Source: Chlamydiia bacterium
GTDB taxonomy: Bacteria; Chlamydiota; Chlamydiia; Chlamydiales; JBMOFD01
Direction of reading: 5' to 3'
NCBI GenBank assembly: GCA_049314435.1
Contig: JBMOFD010000030.1
Span: forward strand, 1 to 21,311
DNA length: 21,311 nt
Shown: positions 18,904 to 21,311 of the stretch, one piece after another
Position numbering within the stretch: the stretch's first letter is position 1
Layout of the letters: each line of letters begins with the position of its first letter
The notes under the pieces: model-generated
Seen by the model: the letters and a program-made list of their open reading frames with translations, nothing else
The model's database searches: none
What the model was told of the DNA's origin: nothing
Position numbers and translations under genes: made by a program

Positions 18904-19856
18904 GCTGGCCTACTGGGCATGAGGCCGTCAGAAGGAGACTGCTTCATCAGTTGGACTCTGGAAAGATCCCGCATGCTCAGCTTTTTGCCGGTCCATCTGG
19001 GATTGGCAAGAGAAGCTATGCGCGTGCCTTTGCTCGCCGACTGCTGGATCCCACAGGGATCGGTGGCGTAAGCGACCTCATCGAGATGGAACCTGAAGGT
19101 AAGACCGATCGTTACACGATCGGGGCCCTGGACCACGTGCGGGAACAGGCGGCTTTGACTCCCATGCGAGGATCCTGGAAGGTCTATATCCTCGATGATG
19201 TGGAGCGAATGGGGGAAGCTGCCGCTGCGAGTCTCTTAAAGATGCTGGAGGAACCCCCTTCAGGGACGGTCTTTCTCCTCATCTCAGGGGCGCCTCATCG
19301 GGTGCTGCCTACGATTGTCTCGCGATGCCATGTCATGCTCTTCGACGCGCTTTCGTCCGACGAGATCACCTCCATCCTAGTGCAGCGAGGATGGAAACCC
19401 GAACAAGCCTCAGACTGGGGACGTCGATCCAGAGGTTCGGTCTCTGCAGCGTTGAGACGAGCTAACCAGATCAACCATCCTCAGGCCAAGGCTCTGTTAG
19501 AAATCCTGCAGCAGCTGCATCAGATGCCTGTCTCTCAGATGACCCAGGCCTTCTTGCCCCTCGATCAGGAGCGGCAGCGCAATGAGCTCGAGCCGCACGA
19601 TCAGCGGCTCTTCCTCCTCGACATGATCATGACGATCTCAGAATGGGCTCGTGATCATCAGTGCCTTCGTATGGGGCAAACGCAGGACCTCTGCTATCCC
19701 CAACATCAGGCCGTCCTTCAGCAGCAGATCGGGCTTGGAGTCGCCAGCTGGAACGATGTGGAAAAGAGTGTTCAGATGTCGATACAAGCTCTGGATCGAC
19801 TCGTGAAGCCCTCTGTGATCCTCACAGGACTGCTATTGCGCCTGCGTGCTCCCTGA
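18876..19856 (+). CDS. holB: DNA polymerase III delta' subunit
   Basis: HAQLFAGPSGIGK, KVYILDDVERM, LLKMLEEPP, PTIVSRC. Follows tmk as in the common tmk-holB pair; AGGAG RBS at 18866-18870. Confidence 0.9.
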   Translation: MEPFAASPISWPTGHEAVRRRLLHQLDSGKIPHAQLFAGPSGIGKRSYARAFARRLLDPTGIGGVSDLIEMEPEGKTDRYTIGALDHVREQAALTPMRGSWKVYILDDVERMGEAAAASLLKMLEEPPSGTVFLLISGAPHRVLPTIVSRCHVMLFDALSSDEITSILVQRGWKPEQASDWGRRSRGSVSAALRRANQINHPQAKALLEILQQLHQMPVSQMTQAFLPLDQERQRNELEPHDQRLFLLDMIMTISEWARDHQCLRMGQTQDLCYPQHQAVLQQQIGLGVASWNDVEKSVQMSIQALDRLVKPSVILTGLLLRLRAP

Positions 19857-20114
19857 AGGACGCAAAGCGCTTCGCTATTCAACCAGCACAGCATCCTACA
19901 CACTCTAGTCCATCCAACAGCGCTTGTTTGTAAAGTATATGTAAATGTTCTTGGCAGGAGAGTGCGCTTCGGCACTAGAATGGATGTTCCTTCTAGCGGC
20001 CACACCGCTGGTCACTGATGTCGTCGATAGAGTCCGTCTCAAGATCGGATATCAAGATGGCTGCAGGGCTCCTAGAAGATGTGTTAGAGTTGAAAACGTT
20101 ATAATTCAGGTCCC

Positions 20115-21134
20115 ATGTCAAGCCCACGTATTTCCCCAAACGGAACAGGAACAACAGTCCCAGTGTCTGTGCCAACCACTTGGGCGACAGACCCAGTGAC
20201 TACGGTAGTCCAAGAGCAGCTCAGTGCATCGAGCAGCCGTAGCGCGCTCGATAGCCCTGGCTTGTCAGGAAGAGCATCGCCCATGCCGGACCAGGCCGCT
20301 GTTGAATATGCACTGCTTGTGAGTGAGTTGGTGACGTCTACAGTGGACCAGGCGACTCAAGCGGGACAAAAGATGTCGGCAGGGTTTCAGTGGCCTGCAG
20401 GAGTGTTGGCTGAGTTGAGTCGGTGTATCGCAAGATTGGCAACTGCCCGGTCTTCTGCAGACATACAAGAGATCCTGAGGATTGACAAAGCCATGTTGGC
20501 CTCAGATTTGTTGAACAAGCAGGTCCAGATTTTCCAGAGGATCATGCCATGTATCGAGCTGTACCAGGCTTATACAATGCAGACAGCGGGCGCACTAGCG
20601 ATGCAGCAGATGATGCGGAGTCGGGCCGGCGAAGGACAGCAGGAACCTACTCTACTGGAGATCCTACAACTGTTAAAAGAGGGTTTAAATAGTCCACAGG
20701 GCATAGAGGATTTGGTGGGTAGGATCCAAGATCTGGATCTTTCCGGCGGCGAACTCATCGCTTCAGAGGTCTCCGAGGAGGCGACAGGGGCTCGTCAGAG
20801 GATGAGGGAAAAGGCTCAACGGCTTGTAGCGCAGTCCCTGCAATTGGAGCCGGCGTTCAGAAATGCAGGGCGTCAACTCATCTCTCAGATCGTTCGGGCG
20901 GAGGTAGGTGTGGAGGACTCCATCTGGAAGGACCAGACTTTGGCCAGGTTACAGGGTGCTGTGAGAGGCAAGGTCGTTCCCTTGGTGATGGCTGCGTATT
21001 CTGAGCCGGATCTCGATCAGCTGCTGGAGTCCCACGAGAATATCGCGTATAGGAGCTGGCAGCAGGAAGGACCTGTGCTCATGCAATCGACGATTGCAGC
21101 TATGATCGGCGCTGCGCAACAGCAGCAGCGCTAA
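20115..21134 (+). CDS. Hypothetical protein, 339 aa; S/T/P-rich N-terminus, helical body with a weak DUF2059-like C-terminus
   Basis: Long ORF with ATG, followed by a strong terminator. Family resemblance is by eye only. Confidence 0.8.
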   Translation: MSSPRISPNGTGTTVPVSVPTTWATDPVTTVVQEQLSASSSRSALDSPGLSGRASPMPDQAAVEYALLVSELVTSTVDQATQAGQKMSAGFQWPAGVLAELSRCIARLATARSSADIQEILRIDKAMLASDLLNKQVQIFQRIMPCIELYQAYTMQTAGALAMQQMMRSRAGEGQQEPTLLEILQLLKEGLNSPQGIEDLVGRIQDLDLSGGELIASEVSEEATGARQRMREKAQRLVAQSLQLEPAFRNAGRQLISQIVRAEVGVEDSIWKDQTLARLQGAVRGKVVPLVMAAYSEPDLDQLLESHENIAYRSWQQEGPVLMQSTIAAMIGAAQQQQR

Positions 21135-21171
21135 CACCTGCTTTCGCTAAGAAAATTCTGCAGGTTGAATC

Positions 21172-21207
21172 GAGAGGCCTCCCTAAGCTGGAGGCCTCTC
21201 TTTTTTT
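21172..21207 (+). terminator. Intrinsic terminator
   Basis: Perfect 11-bp stem GAGAGGCCTCC-CTAAGCT-GGAGGCCTCTC followed by T7. Confidence 0.9.
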
Positions 21208-21224
21208 GCCCGCCATCAATCCGA

Positions 21225-21288
21225 TCATCTTCCTCTCTAAGTCCCTGAGCTTCGTTTCATCTTCCTCTCTAAGTCCCTGAGCTTCGTT
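21225..21288. repeat. Perfect 32-bp tandem duplication
   Basis: TCATCTTCCTCTCTAAGTCCCTGAGCTTCGTT at 21225-21256 and 21257-21288. Confidence 0.95.
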
Positions 21289-21311
21289 CAAGATTGAGCT
21301 TTTAGTGGCAG

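Noticed and set aside
21225..21288. 32-bp repeat as a CRISPR array
   Set aside because: The copies are directly adjacent with no spacer, there are only two, and no cas genes are in view.
21100..21291. 63-aa minus-strand ORF
   Set aside because: It runs through the tandem duplication and the opposite-strand terminator and overlaps the 339-aa gene; it cannot be judged without flanking sequence.

Overview
A chromosomal segment from a bacterium that, on sequence signatures, is most likely a member of Chlamydiota (environmental chlamydiae) with unusually high GC, mid-50s % by spot counts. The signatures are the DUF721-gyrB-gyrA-tmk-holB order, mgtE lying nearby, the GyrA motif HPHGESVIYPTLV and the GyrB insert '[16 protein letters not shown]'. 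Core genes are typA, mgtE, dciA, gyrB, gyrA, tmk and holB. Three accessory areas interrupt them. (1) Downstream of the typA terminator are an APH-type kinase and a Schlafen/AlbA_2-HATPase-wHTH gene whose promoter is overlaid by three 9-bp-period repeats. (2) A ~6.7 kb block between mgtE and dciA holds two large divergent orphan genes with eukaryote-effector-like traits, a membrane-anchored sphingomyelinase-like EEP hydrolase, and an orphan with a MinC/bactofilin-like beta-helix segment. (3) An orphan after holB has an S/T/P-rich N-terminus. The best candidate for an undescribed system is the mgtE-dciA block, read as a host-interaction (type III effector) island; this is inference only. Several intergenic regions carry unexplained hairpins. 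No rRNA, tRNA, CRISPR array or transposase was seen.
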